NCBI RefSeq assembly: GCF_000011325.1
Contig: NC_003450.3
Span: 1,140,001 to 1,172,000 of the forward strand
Length of the DNA: 32,000 bases
Reading direction: 5' to 3'
Origin: Corynebacterium glutamicum ATCC 13032
GTDB taxonomy: Bacteria; Actinomycetota; Actinomycetes; Mycobacteriales; Mycobacteriaceae
In this document: piece by piece, positions 9,279 to 18,527 of the stretch
Position numbering within the stretch: position 1 is the stretch's first letter
How the letters are laid out: every line of letters begins with the position of its first letter
Notes under the pieces: model-generated
Databases searched by the model: none
Told to the model about the DNA's origin: nothing
Seen by the model: the letters and a program-made list of their open reading frames with translations, nothing else
Position numbers and translations under genes: made by a program

Positions 9279-10382
9279 ATGACCTCTCGCACCCCGCTTG
9301 TTTCTGTTCTTCCTGATTTTCCGTGGGATTCGCTCGCTTCCGCAAAAGCCAAAGCTGCGTCTCACCCGGATGGGATCGTGAATCTTTCTGTTGGCACTCC
9401 GGTTGATCCGGTCGCGCCCAGCATTCAGATCGCGTTGGCAGAAGCAGCGGGGTTTTCGGGTTACCCTCAAACCATCGGCACCCCGGAACTCCGCGCAGCC
9501 ATCAGGGGCGCGCTTGAGCGGCGCTACAACATGACAAAGCTTGTCGACGCCTCCCTCCTCCCCGTCGTGGGTACCAAGGAGGCAATTGCCCTTCTTCCAT
9601 TCGCGTTGGGTATTTCCGGCACCGTTGTCATCCCAGAGATTGCGTACCCAACCTACGAAGTCGCTGTCGTGGCCGCAGGATGCACCGTGTTGCGTTCTGA
9701 TTCGCTGTTTAAGCTCGGCCCGCAGATCCCGTCGATGATGTTTATCAACTCACCATCCAACCCCACAGGCAAGGTTCTGGGCATCCCACACTTGCGCAAG
9801 GTTGTGAAGTGGGCGCAGGAAAACAACGTGATCCTCGCAGCTGATGAATGCTACTTGGGTCTTGGCTGGGACGATGAAAACCCACCGATCTCAATTTTGG
9901 ATCCACGTGTCTGCGATGGCGACCACACCAACTTGATCGCCATTCACTCGCTGTCTAAAACCTCAAACCTCGCTTCTTACCGCGCAGGTTACCTCGTTGG
10001 CGATCCAGCGCTGATTGGTGAACTCACGGAAGTCCGTAAGAACTTGGGTCTCATGGTTCCTTTCCCAATCCAGCAGGCCATGATCGCAGCCCTCAACGAC
10101 GATGACCAAGAGGCAGGGCAGAAGCTCACCTACGCGATTCGTCGAGCAAAACTCATGCGCGCCCTGTTGGAATCCGGCTTTCAGGTAGATAATTCTGAAG
10201 CGGGTCTGTACCTCTGGGCGACGCGTGAAGAACCTTGCCGTGACACTGTCGATTGGTTCGCTGAGCGTGGCATTCTCGTTGCCCCAGGAGACTTCTATGG
10301 CCCTCGCGGAGCGCAGCATGTGCGTGTGGCGATGACCGAAACCGACGAGCGCGTCGACGCCTTTGTTTCTCGCCTGAGCTAA
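9279..10382 (+). CDS. dapC: Succinyldiaminopimelate aminotransferase (class I PLP aminotransferase)
   Basis: Aminotransferase I/II fold with the PLP-lysine context HSLSKTSNLASYRAGY. Lies 8 nt after the ferredoxin gene, as in the conserved actinobacterial fdx-dapC pair. Recalled as C. glutamicum dapC. Confidence 0.85.
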   Translation: MTSRTPLVSVLPDFPWDSLASAKAKAASHPDGIVNLSVGTPVDPVAPSIQIALAEAAGFSGYPQTIGTPELRAAIRGALERRYNMTKLVDASLLPVVGTKEAIALLPFALGISGTVVIPEIAYPTYEVAVVAAGCTVLRSDSLFKLGPQIPSMMFINSPSNPTGKVLGIPHLRKVVKWAQENNVILAADECYLGLGWDDENPPISILDPRVCDGDHTNLIAIHSLSKTSNLASYRAGYLVGDPALIGELTEVRKNLGLMVPFPIQQAMIAALNDDDQEAGQKLTYAIRRAKLMRALLESGFQVDNSEAGLYLWATREEPCRDTVDWFAERGILVAPGDFYGPRGAQHVRVAMTETDERVDAFVSRLS

Positions 10383-10407
10383 ACACGACTAAGCTTATTT
10401 TGTTTAA

Positions 10408-11031
10408 TTGAGTTTGAAGTTTTCCGTCGAAAGAGGCCATTTGAGTTCCGAGTCCAGTCCTGAGTCGAGTACCGAGCAAAAAACCTGGGGTAGTCGATTT
10501 CTTCGCGCTTCCCGGCAGTTCATCAAGTTCGGAATCGTTGGAGGCTCTGGCACTTTGGTTAACTTGGCGGTGGCAGCACTGTCCAAGAAGATCGCGGGAT
10601 GGACGGCAGGGATTCATGAAAGCGATGCGTTCATGAATTTGCTTGGATCGGCTTTCCATATCCGTTGGTACCACGTGTTCATGACCATCGCATTCCTCGT
10701 GGCCAATACCTGGAACTATCAGCTCAACCGCATGTGGACCTTCAAGACAGCGACAATCGTGTCCTGGTGGAGGGGTTTCTTCCCATTCCTGGCTACAGGT
10801 CTTGTCGCGTTTATTGCGAGCCAGGTGGTCGCAACCTTGCTGATGAACGAGACATCTCCGATTGCCTTGTCCTCTGAAATTTTCGACGACTCCACCGGCT
10901 TCCGCACAAAGTTCTATTGGGCACTGGTGATTTCCATTCTGGTTTCCATGCCGGTGAACTTCATTGTGAACAAGTACTGGACATTCAAGAAGCCGAAGTC
11001 CAAGGTCGTCGTGGAAACGGACCCTGTCTAA
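10408..11031 (+). CDS. GtrA-family membrane protein
   Basis: FIKFGIVGGSGTLVNL N-terminal GtrA signature, 4 TM segments, and C-terminal NKYWTFK motif. The start is uncertain: TTG 10408, or TTG 10441 preceded by AAAGAGG. Confidence 0.7.
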   Translation: MSLKFSVERGHLSSESSPESSTEQKTWGSRFLRASRQFIKFGIVGGSGTLVNLAVAALSKKIAGWTAGIHESDAFMNLLGSAFHIRWYHVFMTIAFLVANTWNYQLNRMWTFKTATIVSWWRGFFPFLATGLVAFIASQVVATLLMNETSPIALSSEIFDDSTGFRTKFYWALVISILVSMPVNFIVNKYWTFKKPKSKVVVETDPV

Positions 11032-11058
11032 ACTTCGTTCAAACTCTAGGCCCGCATT

Positions 11059-11090
11059 AGAACAAGGATTTGCCTACATCTTCTTGTTCT
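11059..11090 (+). terminator. Weak hairpin after the GtrA-family gene
   Basis: AGAACAAG (11059-11066) / CTTGTTCT (11083-11090), 8-bp AT-rich stem with a 16-nt loop. The T-run is displaced (GGTGTGGGTTTT). Confidence 0.3.
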
Positions 11091-11117
11091 GGTGTGGGTT
11101 TTCCTCACATCTAACAA

Positions 11118-11133
11118 TCGAATAAATGTTCGA
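11118..11133 (+). promoter_or_regulatory. LexA binding site (SOS box) upstream of the HNH/DUF222 gene
   Basis: TCGAATAAATGTTCGA is a palindrome. It matches the recalled C. glutamicum SOS-box consensus TcGAA(A/C)AnnTGTtCGA at all specified positions except position 6. Confidence 0.65.
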
Positions 11134-11206
11134 ATAAAAGGTTGAAGGTGTCCCACCCCCACGGCACAATGGATGGCAAGAACACGTGAATCCAGGGGGG
11201 ATACTC

Positions 11207-12373
11207 ATGACCACTGACATCTACTTCAGCCACAACAACCCACACGACCCATACGCCCACCACACCACCGAACTCAACCGCGACACCCATCACCTCTGGG
11301 TCGTCTTAACCACCGACTCCGACGACTTCGACGCAGACTCCTTTACCACCGAAGTCATCCGGATCACCGGCTACTCCCGCCACGAAGTCAACAACGGCCT
11401 TAACGCCATGGCCGCGATGACCAACCTCCCACACCTGCGCGCCATCCAAGAACGCTACTACTTCCTGAGCATCCGCTACCTCGCCTCCATCATGATCGCC
11501 GTGGCCAAAGCAGACCCCACCCTGTGGGAAGAACTCGACCTGCGCATCACCGACGCCTTAACACCAGTCACCGCAGGGGAAGTGATGATCCAATCCTCCA
11601 CCCTGTCCAAACGCATCGCCGCCTGGATCAAAGAACTCGACCCCGAACCCACACCAGAGCCCATACCGAAAGAGGACTATGTTCACGTCCACACCACTGA
11701 TGAGGCGACCTATGTCCGCATCAAAATCAGCGGCCCCAACCGCCTGATCCTCAATGACATCATCACCCAACTCAAAGACACAGACACCGAGGACAGCCTG
11801 CCTGAAGCGCTCATGGCGTTCCTGATGGAGAAAATCCAGTTAAAGATCACCAAGTACCTTTTCACCCCACATAAGCACCCTGAGCAGGTGTGGTCACCGG
11901 ACTACGGTGACATTGGTCCCGAAGCCTATGCCAATGCCACCCTCGTGTGCGCCAAGGACTTAGATGAGGTCGCTGGAGCCACGGAGAAGAGCTACACCCC
12001 GAGTGAGAAGATGAAAGCCCTGATCAGAGCTCGGGATGGGCATTGCCGCTTCCCAGGGTGTTGCGTCCCGGCGAGTAAATGCCAGGTCGATCACATTATC
12101 CCGTGGGCGGAGGGCGGCCCGACAGCGGCGTGGAACCTGCAGTTGTTGTGCCAGCGGCATCACAATATGAAAACCGATGGTCGCTTTACTGCTGATGCTA
12201 ATGGATTGGCGGAGATTAGATGGATTGGGCCGATGGATGTGCCGGCGGTGACCAGGCCGACGGGTCCGTTGGTGAAAGCGATGCCGCGGGGGATTTGGGG
12301 TCAGGTGTTGAGGGATCGGATCCAGGCTAGGTTTGAGCGGATCCGCGTCCGCGCCCTCAACAAAGAAGACTAG
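11207..12373 (+). CDS. DUF222 / HNH endonuclease family protein (REP13E12-like)
   Basis: C-terminal HNH/Zn motif [43 protein letters not shown]. The long helical N-terminal part is typical of DUF222. ATG 11207 follows GGGGGGA by 5 nt, and GTG 11186 is the alternative start. Confidence 0.85.
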   Translation: MTTDIYFSHNNPHDPYAHHTTELNRDTHHLWVVLTTDSDDFDADSFTTEVIRITGYSRHEVNNGLNAMAAMTNLPHLRAIQERYYFLSIRYLASIMIAVAKADPTLWEELDLRITDALTPVTAGEVMIQSSTLSKRIAAWIKELDPEPTPEPIPKEDYVHVHTTDEATYVRIKISGPNRLILNDIITQLKDTDTEDSLPEALMAFLMEKIQLKITKYLFTPHKHPEQVWSPDYGDIGPEAYANATLVCAKDLDEVAGATEKSYTPSEKMKALIRARDGHCRFPGCCVPASKCQVDHIIPWAEGGPTAAWNLQLLCQRHHNMKTDGRFTADANGLAEIRWIGPMDVPAVTRPTGPLVKAMPRGIWGQVLRDRIQARFERIRVRALNKED

Positions 12374-13263
12374 TTGGAGTGCAAAGCTGTGTTGAGTTCG
12401 ACAACTTTGGTATTGGGCACTGCGACAACTTGTCCGCTGACGGAGTCACGCCTAAAAATGAGGCCGTTTGAGCCCGCGAGGGTGGAGGCTTTGTGGAGGG
12501 AGCCGTCGAAAAGCACTTTGGTGCCTGCAGTGATGTAGAGGCCGGCCTCGATGATGCAGTCGTCGCCCAGCGGGATGCCGCAGCCGGAATTGGCGCCGAG
12601 CAGGCAGCGCTTGCCCAGCGAGATGACGTGCTGGCCGCCGCCGGACAGGGTGCCCATGATAGATGCGCCGCCACCGACATCGGTGCCGTCATCAACGGTG
12701 ACGCCAGCGGAAATGCGGCCCTCAACCATGGAAGCGCCGAGCGTGCCAGCGTTGAAGTTCACGAAGCCCTCATGCATCACGGTGGTGCCATCTGCCAGGT
12801 ACGCGCCAAGTCGGACGCGGTCGGCGTCACCGATGCGCACGCCCGAGGGAACCACATAGTCGACCATGCGTGGGAACTTGTCGACGCTATAAACCGTAAC
12901 TTGGCCTCGGCGTGACAGGCGCGCGCGGGTGAGTGCGAAACCGTCAACTGCGCACGGTCCGAAGTTGGTCCACACGACATTGTTGAGGAGGCCGAAAATG
13001 CCGTCTAGGTTGATGGTGTGAGGGCGGAAAACGCGGTGGGAGAGGAGGTGAAGGCGCAGCCATGCATCGTAGGTGTCGGTGGGGGCTGCGTCGGTGTCGA
13101 TAGTTGTCGTCACGATTTTGCGGGTGACGTTTCGATCTTCATCGACGCCTTCTAGAGGTGTGAGCGCGGACTGGTCGGTGGACCCGATTTCTGGATACCA
13201 CACGTCCAGGACGTCGCCGGTGGAGGTCAGTGTTGCAATTCCGGTTGCGGAAGCAGTAGTCAT
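12370..13263 (-). CDS. dapD: Tetrahydrodipicolinate N-succinyltransferase
   Basis: 297 aa. Left-handed beta-helix hexapeptide repeats ([36 protein letters not shown]...). Gly-rich loop [14 protein letters not shown]. Recognised as C. glutamicum DapD. Confidence 0.95.
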   Translation of the reverse strand: MTTASATGIATLTSTGDVLDVWYPEIGSTDQSALTPLEGVDEDRNVTRKIVTTTIDTDAAPTDTYDAWLRLHLLSHRVFRPHTINLDGIFGLLNNVVWTNFGPCAVDGFALTRARLSRRGQVTVYSVDKFPRMVDYVVPSGVRIGDADRVRLGAYLADGTTVMHEGFVNFNAGTLGASMVEGRISAGVTVDDGTDVGGGASIMGTLSGGGQHVISLGKRCLLGANSGCGIPLGDDCIIEAGLYITAGTKVLFDGSLHKASTLAGSNGLIFRRDSVSGQVVAVPNTKVVELNTALHSN

Positions 13264-13291
13264 GACGTCCAGAATAATTTCTATCGGCCTA

Positions 13292-14683
13292 TCAGTTCAA
13301 GTCGGAAGGGGTGCGACCTCCGCGCAATGGGCTGTTAACTGTGACGAAGGACAAAAGAACCAAGAATCCGTACACAATTGCCACTGAGTAAACCTGGCTG
13401 CGGGAGGCTGCGTCGCCGAGCATGAGAGCAACGAGTCCTGCCAACAAAACCAAGGTGAGGATGCCTAACCATGGGTGCGCCCACATGCGAACCGTGGAGA
13501 TTTCATCGTTTGCTTGCAGTTCTTTGCGGAGTTTCAACTGTGACAAAGTGATCATTGCCCACACCACAATCAAACAACCGCCAACAGCGTTGAGGAGGAA
13601 ATCAAGCAGACCGGCTGGATTCCAGTACTGCAAACCAACTGAAACGAAGGCGAAGAACATGGACAACAGCACCGCATTGGTGGGGACGTGGCTGGTGCTG
13701 AGCTTACTGAAAACTCGCGGAGCGTCTTGTCGATTCGCCATGGAAAATACCAAACGAGAAGTGGCATAGATTTGGGCGTTGAAAGCGGAAAGCAGTGCTA
13801 GAACGATGATCGCTTCCATGAAACCAACCGTGCCAGGGATGTTTGCCATCGCCAGGATTTGGGTGAAGGGGGATTCCGCAGCGGTGTCGGCACCATTGAT
13901 CGACTCATAAGGCATGAGGAAAGTGATGACCAAAACAGAGCCCAAGTAAAAGACTGAAATACGCCAAATCACGGCACGCACCGCCAGGGAAATAGCTTCA
14001 CGTGGCTTATCGGACTCTGCAGCTGCAATGGTGACAATTTCAATGCCACCAAAGGCAAAAGCCACCGCGAGCAAACCAGCAGCAACACCAGAAATACCAT
14101 TGGGCATGAATCCGTGATCACCGATGAAGTTTGAGGTTCCAACAAAGGTGGATCCGGGAAGCCATCCGAAAATAAGAGCAATACCAATGATGAGGAAAGC
14201 GATGATCACCGCGACCTTAATGAATGCGAACCAGTACTCGAATTCACCGAAACCGCGAACCGCGACGAGGTTCACCACAGCGAAGAAGACCACGCAGACA
14301 AGCGAAGGAATCCACGGTTCGACGCCGAACCATGCACCCATGATGGCAGCAGCGCCAGTCATTTCGGCGCCCATCACCATAATCAGCATGAACCAGTACA
14401 ACCAACCGAGGGAGAAACCAGCCCAGTGGCCGAAAGCATCCTCGCCGTAACGTGAAAACGATCCGGAGGCGGGACGGGCAGCAGCCATCTCGCCGAGCAT
14501 TTGCATAACAAGCACAACGATGGCTCCGGCGATGATGTACGCCAGGAGCACTGCGGGGCCGGCTGCGCGGATACCAACGCCGGTGCCGAGGAACAGTCCG
14601 GCACCAATTGCGGAGCCGAGTCCCATCATTGTGAGGTGGCGGGTCCGAAGTCCGGTTCCCAGCCCTTCATTAGATTTAGCCAT
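13292..14683 (-). CDS. aroP: APC-family amino-acid permease (aromatic amino acid transporter AroP-like)
   Basis: 463 aa with 12 TM segments. N-terminal [24 protein letters not shown] is the AAT-family signature. Recalled as aroP in C. glutamicum at this locus. Confidence 0.85.
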   Translation of the reverse strand: MAKSNEGLGTGLRTRHLTMMGLGSAIGAGLFLGTGVGIRAAGPAVLLAYIIAGAIVVLVMQMLGEMAAARPASGSFSRYGEDAFGHWAGFSLGWLYWFMLIMVMGAEMTGAAAIMGAWFGVEPWIPSLVCVVFFAVVNLVAVRGFGEFEYWFAFIKVAVIIAFLIIGIALIFGWLPGSTFVGTSNFIGDHGFMPNGISGVAAGLLAVAFAFGGIEIVTIAAAESDKPREAISLAVRAVIWRISVFYLGSVLVITFLMPYESINGADTAAESPFTQILAMANIPGTVGFMEAIIVLALLSAFNAQIYATSRLVFSMANRQDAPRVFSKLSTSHVPTNAVLLSMFFAFVSVGLQYWNPAGLLDFLLNAVGGCLIVVWAMITLSQLKLRKELQANDEISTVRMWAHPWLGILTLVLLAGLVALMLGDAASRSQVYSVAIVYGFLVLLSFVTVNSPLRGGRTPSDLN

Positions 14684-14725
14684 GTATCAACCGTAAACCC
14701 ACATGGCACTGGTTATGAAAATGGG

Positions 14726-15676
14726 TCAAGCTTTGAGGCGGGCAACTGGCTCATGGAAGCCGGATTCACGCTTGATTGACCAATTTGCTTGGCCTTCGAT
14801 GGAGTCGATAGTGCGTAACTCCTCATCGGCTGCGAACCAAATGGGGGTATCTCCATCCAAGACAATGTTATTTCCGATGTCGCAATTGTCTCCCAGACTG
14901 ACTCCGATGATTCCGGAGCTGACACCAAAGTTGCAGTTTTGGCCGATGCTCAACGGCAAACGGCGGCGCTGTTCATCTCTCGGGGACTGAATAGTAGAAG
15001 ACAGTCCAATCTCGGAACCTTCACCGATGACCACACCGGAACTCAGGCGGCCTTCCACCTTTGCGGCACCCAAGGTGCCGGAGTTGAAAGACACGAAACC
15101 TTCACGCAGCACAGAGGTACCCGGAGCAAGGTATGCACCTAGGCGCACGCGTTCTGCTTCGGAGATGCGGACTCCAGGGGGAACCACATAGTCGACCATG
15201 CGGGGAAGACGGTCCACACAGTAGACGTGGATGAGTCCGCGGGACCGCAGAGCACCACGCACCCACTCAAAGTTTTCAGGAAGGCAAGGGCCCTTGTTTG
15301 TCCACACCACGTCGGACAGCAGCTCCAAGGTGTTTTGCATGTGCATTTCGTGGGGGCGGACCAGGCGGTGGGAAAGCAGGTGGAGGCGCAGGTAAACATC
15401 GTGCGCGTCTACTGGAGGTTGAGACAGATCGGGGATAACGGTGCGGACTGCTACCTGTTCGACGAGGCGATCTTGGTCCAGTTTTACCAACTGCAGCATC
15501 CGTGGGGTGAGTTCGTTTGCTCCGAGGCGTGTGGTGCCCACTTCCAATGGGTAGCGTTCAGCCCACTGATCCGGGTTGAAAATTTGGGGTTCTGGGTACC
15601 ACGTGTCCAGGATGGTCCCGTCCATGGCGATATTTGCGATTCCAACTGCTTGGGCTCCGCGAATGTTTTCACTCAT
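14726..15676 (-). CDS. dapD2: DapD paralogue (tetrahydrodipicolinate N-succinyltransferase-like, function unproven)
   Basis: 316 aa, colinear with DapD ([41 protein letters not shown]). The Gly-rich loop is replaced by GLSSTIQSPRDEQRRR. Confidence 0.8.
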   Translation of the reverse strand: MSENIRGAQAVGIANIAMDGTILDTWYPEPQIFNPDQWAERYPLEVGTTRLGANELTPRMLQLVKLDQDRLVEQVAVRTVIPDLSQPPVDAHDVYLRLHLLSHRLVRPHEMHMQNTLELLSDVVWTNKGPCLPENFEWVRGALRSRGLIHVYCVDRLPRMVDYVVPPGVRISEAERVRLGAYLAPGTSVLREGFVSFNSGTLGAAKVEGRLSSGVVIGEGSEIGLSSTIQSPRDEQRRRLPLSIGQNCNFGVSSGIIGVSLGDNCDIGNNIVLDGDTPIWFAADEELRTIDSIEGQANWSIKRESGFHEPVARLKA

Positions 15677-15730
15677 TTTTTAATCGACCGCTTCCATCAT
15701 GTTTTAACTAAGGTTTGTAGGCTTAAACCT

Positions 15731-16840
15731 GTGAACTCTGAACTCAAACCAGGATTAGATCTCCTCGGCGACCCAATTGTCCTTACTCAACGTTTGGTAG
15801 ATATACCGAGTCCGTCGGGTCAGGAAAAGCAGATTGCTGATGAAATTGAAGATGCCCTTCGGAACCTTAATCTACCTGGTGTAGAGGTCTTCCGCTTCAA
15901 CAACAACGTTCTTGCTCGCACGAACAGGGGATTGGCCTCGAGGGTCATGCTTGCTGGTCATATCGATACAGTGCCGATCGCGGACAATCTGCCAAGCCGT
16001 GTGGAAGACGGCATCATGTATGGCTGTGGCACCGTCGATATGAAATCTGGGTTGGCGGTGTATTTGCATACTTTTGCCACCTTGGCCACGTCGACTGAGC
16101 TTAAACATGATCTGACGCTGATTGCGTATGAGTGCGAGGAAGTTGCTGATCACCTCAATGGTTTGGGCCACATTCGCGATGAGCATCCGGAGTGGTTGGC
16201 GGCTGATTTGGCGTTGTTGGGTGAGCCTACTGGCGGCTGGATTGAGGCGGGCTGCCAGGGCAATCTGCGCATCAAGGTGACGGCGCATGGTGTGCGTGCC
16301 CATTCGGCGAGAAGCTGGTTGGGTGATAATGCGATGCATAAGTTGTCGCCGATCATTTCGAAGGTTGCTGCGTATAAGGCCGCAGAAGTCAACATTGATG
16401 GCTTGACCTACCGTGAAGGCCTCAACATCGTTTTCTGCGAATCGGGCGTGGCAAACAACGTCATTCCAGACCTCGCGTGGATGAACCTCAACTTCCGTTT
16501 CGCGCCGAATCGCGATCTCAACGAGGCGATCGAGCATGTCGTCGAAACGCTTGAGCTTGACGGTCAAGACGGCATCGAATGGGCCGTAGAAGACGGGGCA
16601 GGCGGTGCCCTTCCAGGCTTGGGGCAGCAGGTGACAAGCGGGCTTATCGACGCCGTCGGCCGCGAAAAAATCCGCGCAAAATTCGGCTGGACCGATGTCT
16701 CACGTTTTTCAGCCATGGGAATTCCAGCCCTAAACTTTGGCGCTGGTGATCCAAGTTTCGCGCATAAACGCGACGAGCAGTGCCCAGTGGAGCAAATCAC
16801 GGATGTGGCAGCAATTTTGAAGCAGTACCTGAGCGAGTAA
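15731..16840 (+). CDS. dapE: Succinyl-diaminopimelate desuccinylase (M20 metallopeptidase)
   Basis: Starting at GTG 15731 gives 369 aa beginning (V/M)NSELKPGLDLLGDPIVLTQRLVDIPSPSGQE, recognised as C. glutamicum DapE. M20 motifs HIDTVP and DMKSG. The 168-codon upstream extension in the track ORF is antisense to dapD2. Confidence 0.95.
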   Translation: MNSELKPGLDLLGDPIVLTQRLVDIPSPSGQEKQIADEIEDALRNLNLPGVEVFRFNNNVLARTNRGLASRVMLAGHIDTVPIADNLPSRVEDGIMYGCGTVDMKSGLAVYLHTFATLATSTELKHDLTLIAYECEEVADHLNGLGHIRDEHPEWLAADLALLGEPTGGWIEAGCQGNLRIKVTAHGVRAHSARSWLGDNAMHKLSPIISKVAAYKAAEVNIDGLTYREGLNIVFCESGVANNVIPDLAWMNLNFRFAPNRDLNEAIEHVVETLELDGQDGIEWAVEDGAGGALPGLGQQVTSGLIDAVGREKIRAKFGWTDVSRFSAMGIPALNFGAGDPSFAHKRDEQCPVEQITDVAAILKQYLSE

Positions 16841-16901
16841 CCGCATTCGGGGTTATCGTGGGACTTCCGAAATGTAACTAGAGACTAGAGGAGGAAACAC
16901 G

Positions 16902-17672
16902 ATGGCTCCTAAACAAACTCCCAGCCCAGAGAAGAATCGAAACCTGGTGGGACCAGTTCTGCAACGTCGGCAGACAGAGGGTACTTTTGATCAACGCTTG
17001 CTAGAAATGCGCGCTGATCACAATTGGAAGCACGCCGATCCATGGCGTGTACTGCGTATTCAGTCTGAGTTTGTGGCGGGTTTTGATGCCCTCCACGAGA
17101 TGCCAAAGGCCGTAACCGTCTTTGGTTCCGCACGCATTAAAGAGGATCACCCGTACTACAAGGCGGGTGTAGAACTTGGTGAAAAGCTCGTTGCAGCGGA
17201 CTACGCAGTTGTCACCGGTGGCGGTCCAGGTCTGATGGAAGCCCCCAATAAGGGGGCAAGCGAGGCCAATGGTTTATCAGTTGGTCTGGGCATTGAGTTG
17301 CCACATGAACAGCATCTGAACCCTTATGTGGATTTGGGTCTGAACTTCCGGTACTTCTTCGCACGCAAGACCATGTTCCTGAAATACTCCCAGGCTTTTG
17401 TGTGTCTGCCTGGTGGTTTCGGCACGCTCGATGAGCTTTTCGAGGTCCTCTGCATGGTACAAACCGGCAAGGTAACCAACTTTCCCATCGTGCTGATCGG
17501 CACTGAGTTCTGGGCAGGTTTGGTGGATTGGATCCGTCACCGCCTGGTAGAGGAAGGCATGATCGATGAGAAGGATGTTGACCGGATGTTGGTCACTGAT
17601 GACCTGGATCAGGCCGTCAAATTCATCGTCGATGCACACGCTGGATTGGACGTAGCGCGTCGCCACAATTAA
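16902..17672 (+). CDS. LOG-family protein (TIGR00730, cytokinin riboside 5'-monophosphate phosphoribohydrolase-like; formerly annotated as lysine decarboxylase)
   Basis: Motifs VVTGGGPGLMEA and PGGFGTLDELFE. AGGAGGA RBS upstream. Confidence 0.85.
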   Translation: MAPKQTPSPEKNRNLVGPVLQRRQTEGTFDQRLLEMRADHNWKHADPWRVLRIQSEFVAGFDALHEMPKAVTVFGSARIKEDHPYYKAGVELGEKLVAADYAVVTGGGPGLMEAPNKGASEANGLSVGLGIELPHEQHLNPYVDLGLNFRYFFARKTMFLKYSQAFVCLPGGFGTLDELFEVLCMVQTGKVTNFPIVLIGTEFWAGLVDWIRHRLVEEGMIDEKDVDRMLVTDDLDQAVKFIVDAHAGLDVARRHN

Positions 17673-17675
17673 GCA

Positions 17676-18527
17676 GTGGCTACATTAGGTGTTATGAGTT
17701 CTTTGCCGGTCATCATGGCCATCGTCAATCGCACCCCGGATTCTTTCTATGACAAGGGTGCGACATTTGAGGACACCGCTGCGCTAAACAGGGCAGCGGA
17801 GGTCATTGAACAAGGCGCCGGCATTGTCGATATCGGTGGGGTGAAAGCCGGCCCGGGGGATTTCGTGTCGGCGGAGGAAGAGATCGACCGCGTGGTGCCA
17901 ATCATCGCTGCGGTGCGAGAACGTTTTCCTGACATTGATATTTCTGTTGATACCTGGCGGGCGTCGGTGGCTGATGTCGCAGTGGCGCATGGAGCAACGC
18001 TGATCAATGACACTTGGGCCGGCCATGATCATGAGTTGGTGCAGGTAGCAGGGCAGCACAAGGTGGGTTATGTCTGCTCGCACACCGGCGGGGTGATTCC
18101 AAGAACGCGACCATATCGGGTGCATTTCGATGACATCGTGGCCGATGTAATTACGGAGACCACCAAATTGGCAGAGCAAGCTGTTCGTGCCGGGGTGCCA
18201 GAGGAACGGGTGTTTATTGATCCCACCCATGATTTCGGGAAAAACACCTTCCACGGACTGGAGCTTTTACGACGGATCGATGAGGTGGTTGCCACGGGCT
18301 GGCCGGTGCTGATGGCCTTGAGTAATAAGGATTTCATTGGGGAAACTTTGGAAAGGGGCGTCGATAAGCGTGTTGCTGGCACGCTTGCTGCCACTGCCTG
18401 GGCGGCGGCGCGCGGCGTTGCGGCTTTTCGCGTGCATGAAGTTGCGGAAACCTTTGACGTTTTGCAGATGACGGCGGCGATTATGGGCGATGTGGCGCCA
18501 CTTAACACCATTCGGGGGCTTGCGTGA
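17676..18527 (+). CDS. folP2: Dihydropteroate synthase paralogue FolP2
   Basis: IMAIVNRTPDSFYDKGATF, DIGGVKAGPG, DTWRA, INDTW and DPTHDFGKNTFHGL are nearly identical to mycobacterial Rv1207 as I recall it. The start is ambiguous: GTG 17676 or ATG 17694. Confidence 0.85.
   Translation: MATLGVMSSLPVIMAIVNRTPDSFYDKGATFEDTAALNRAAEVIEQGAGIVDIGGVKAGPGDFVSAEEEIDRVVPIIAAVRERFPDIDISVDTWRASVADVAVAHGATLINDTWAGHDHELVQVAGQHKVGYVCSHTGGVIPRTRPYRVHFDDIVADVITETTKLAEQAVRAGVPEERVFIDPTHDFGKNTFHGLELLRRIDEVVATGWPVLMALSNKDFIGETLERGVDKRVAGTLAATAWAAARGVAAFRVHEVAETFDVLQMTAAIMGDVAPLNTIRGLA

Noticed and set aside
15227-15730. 168-codon N-terminal extension of the dapE ORF in the track
   Set aside because: The extension is antisense to dapD2 and has no M20-family similarity. 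Recognised DapE begins at GTG 15731 (NSELKPGLDLL...).
15872-16567. 231-aa minus-strand ORF inside dapE
   Set aside because: It is antisense to a confidently identified gene, with no motifs and no RBS. It is a shadow ORF.
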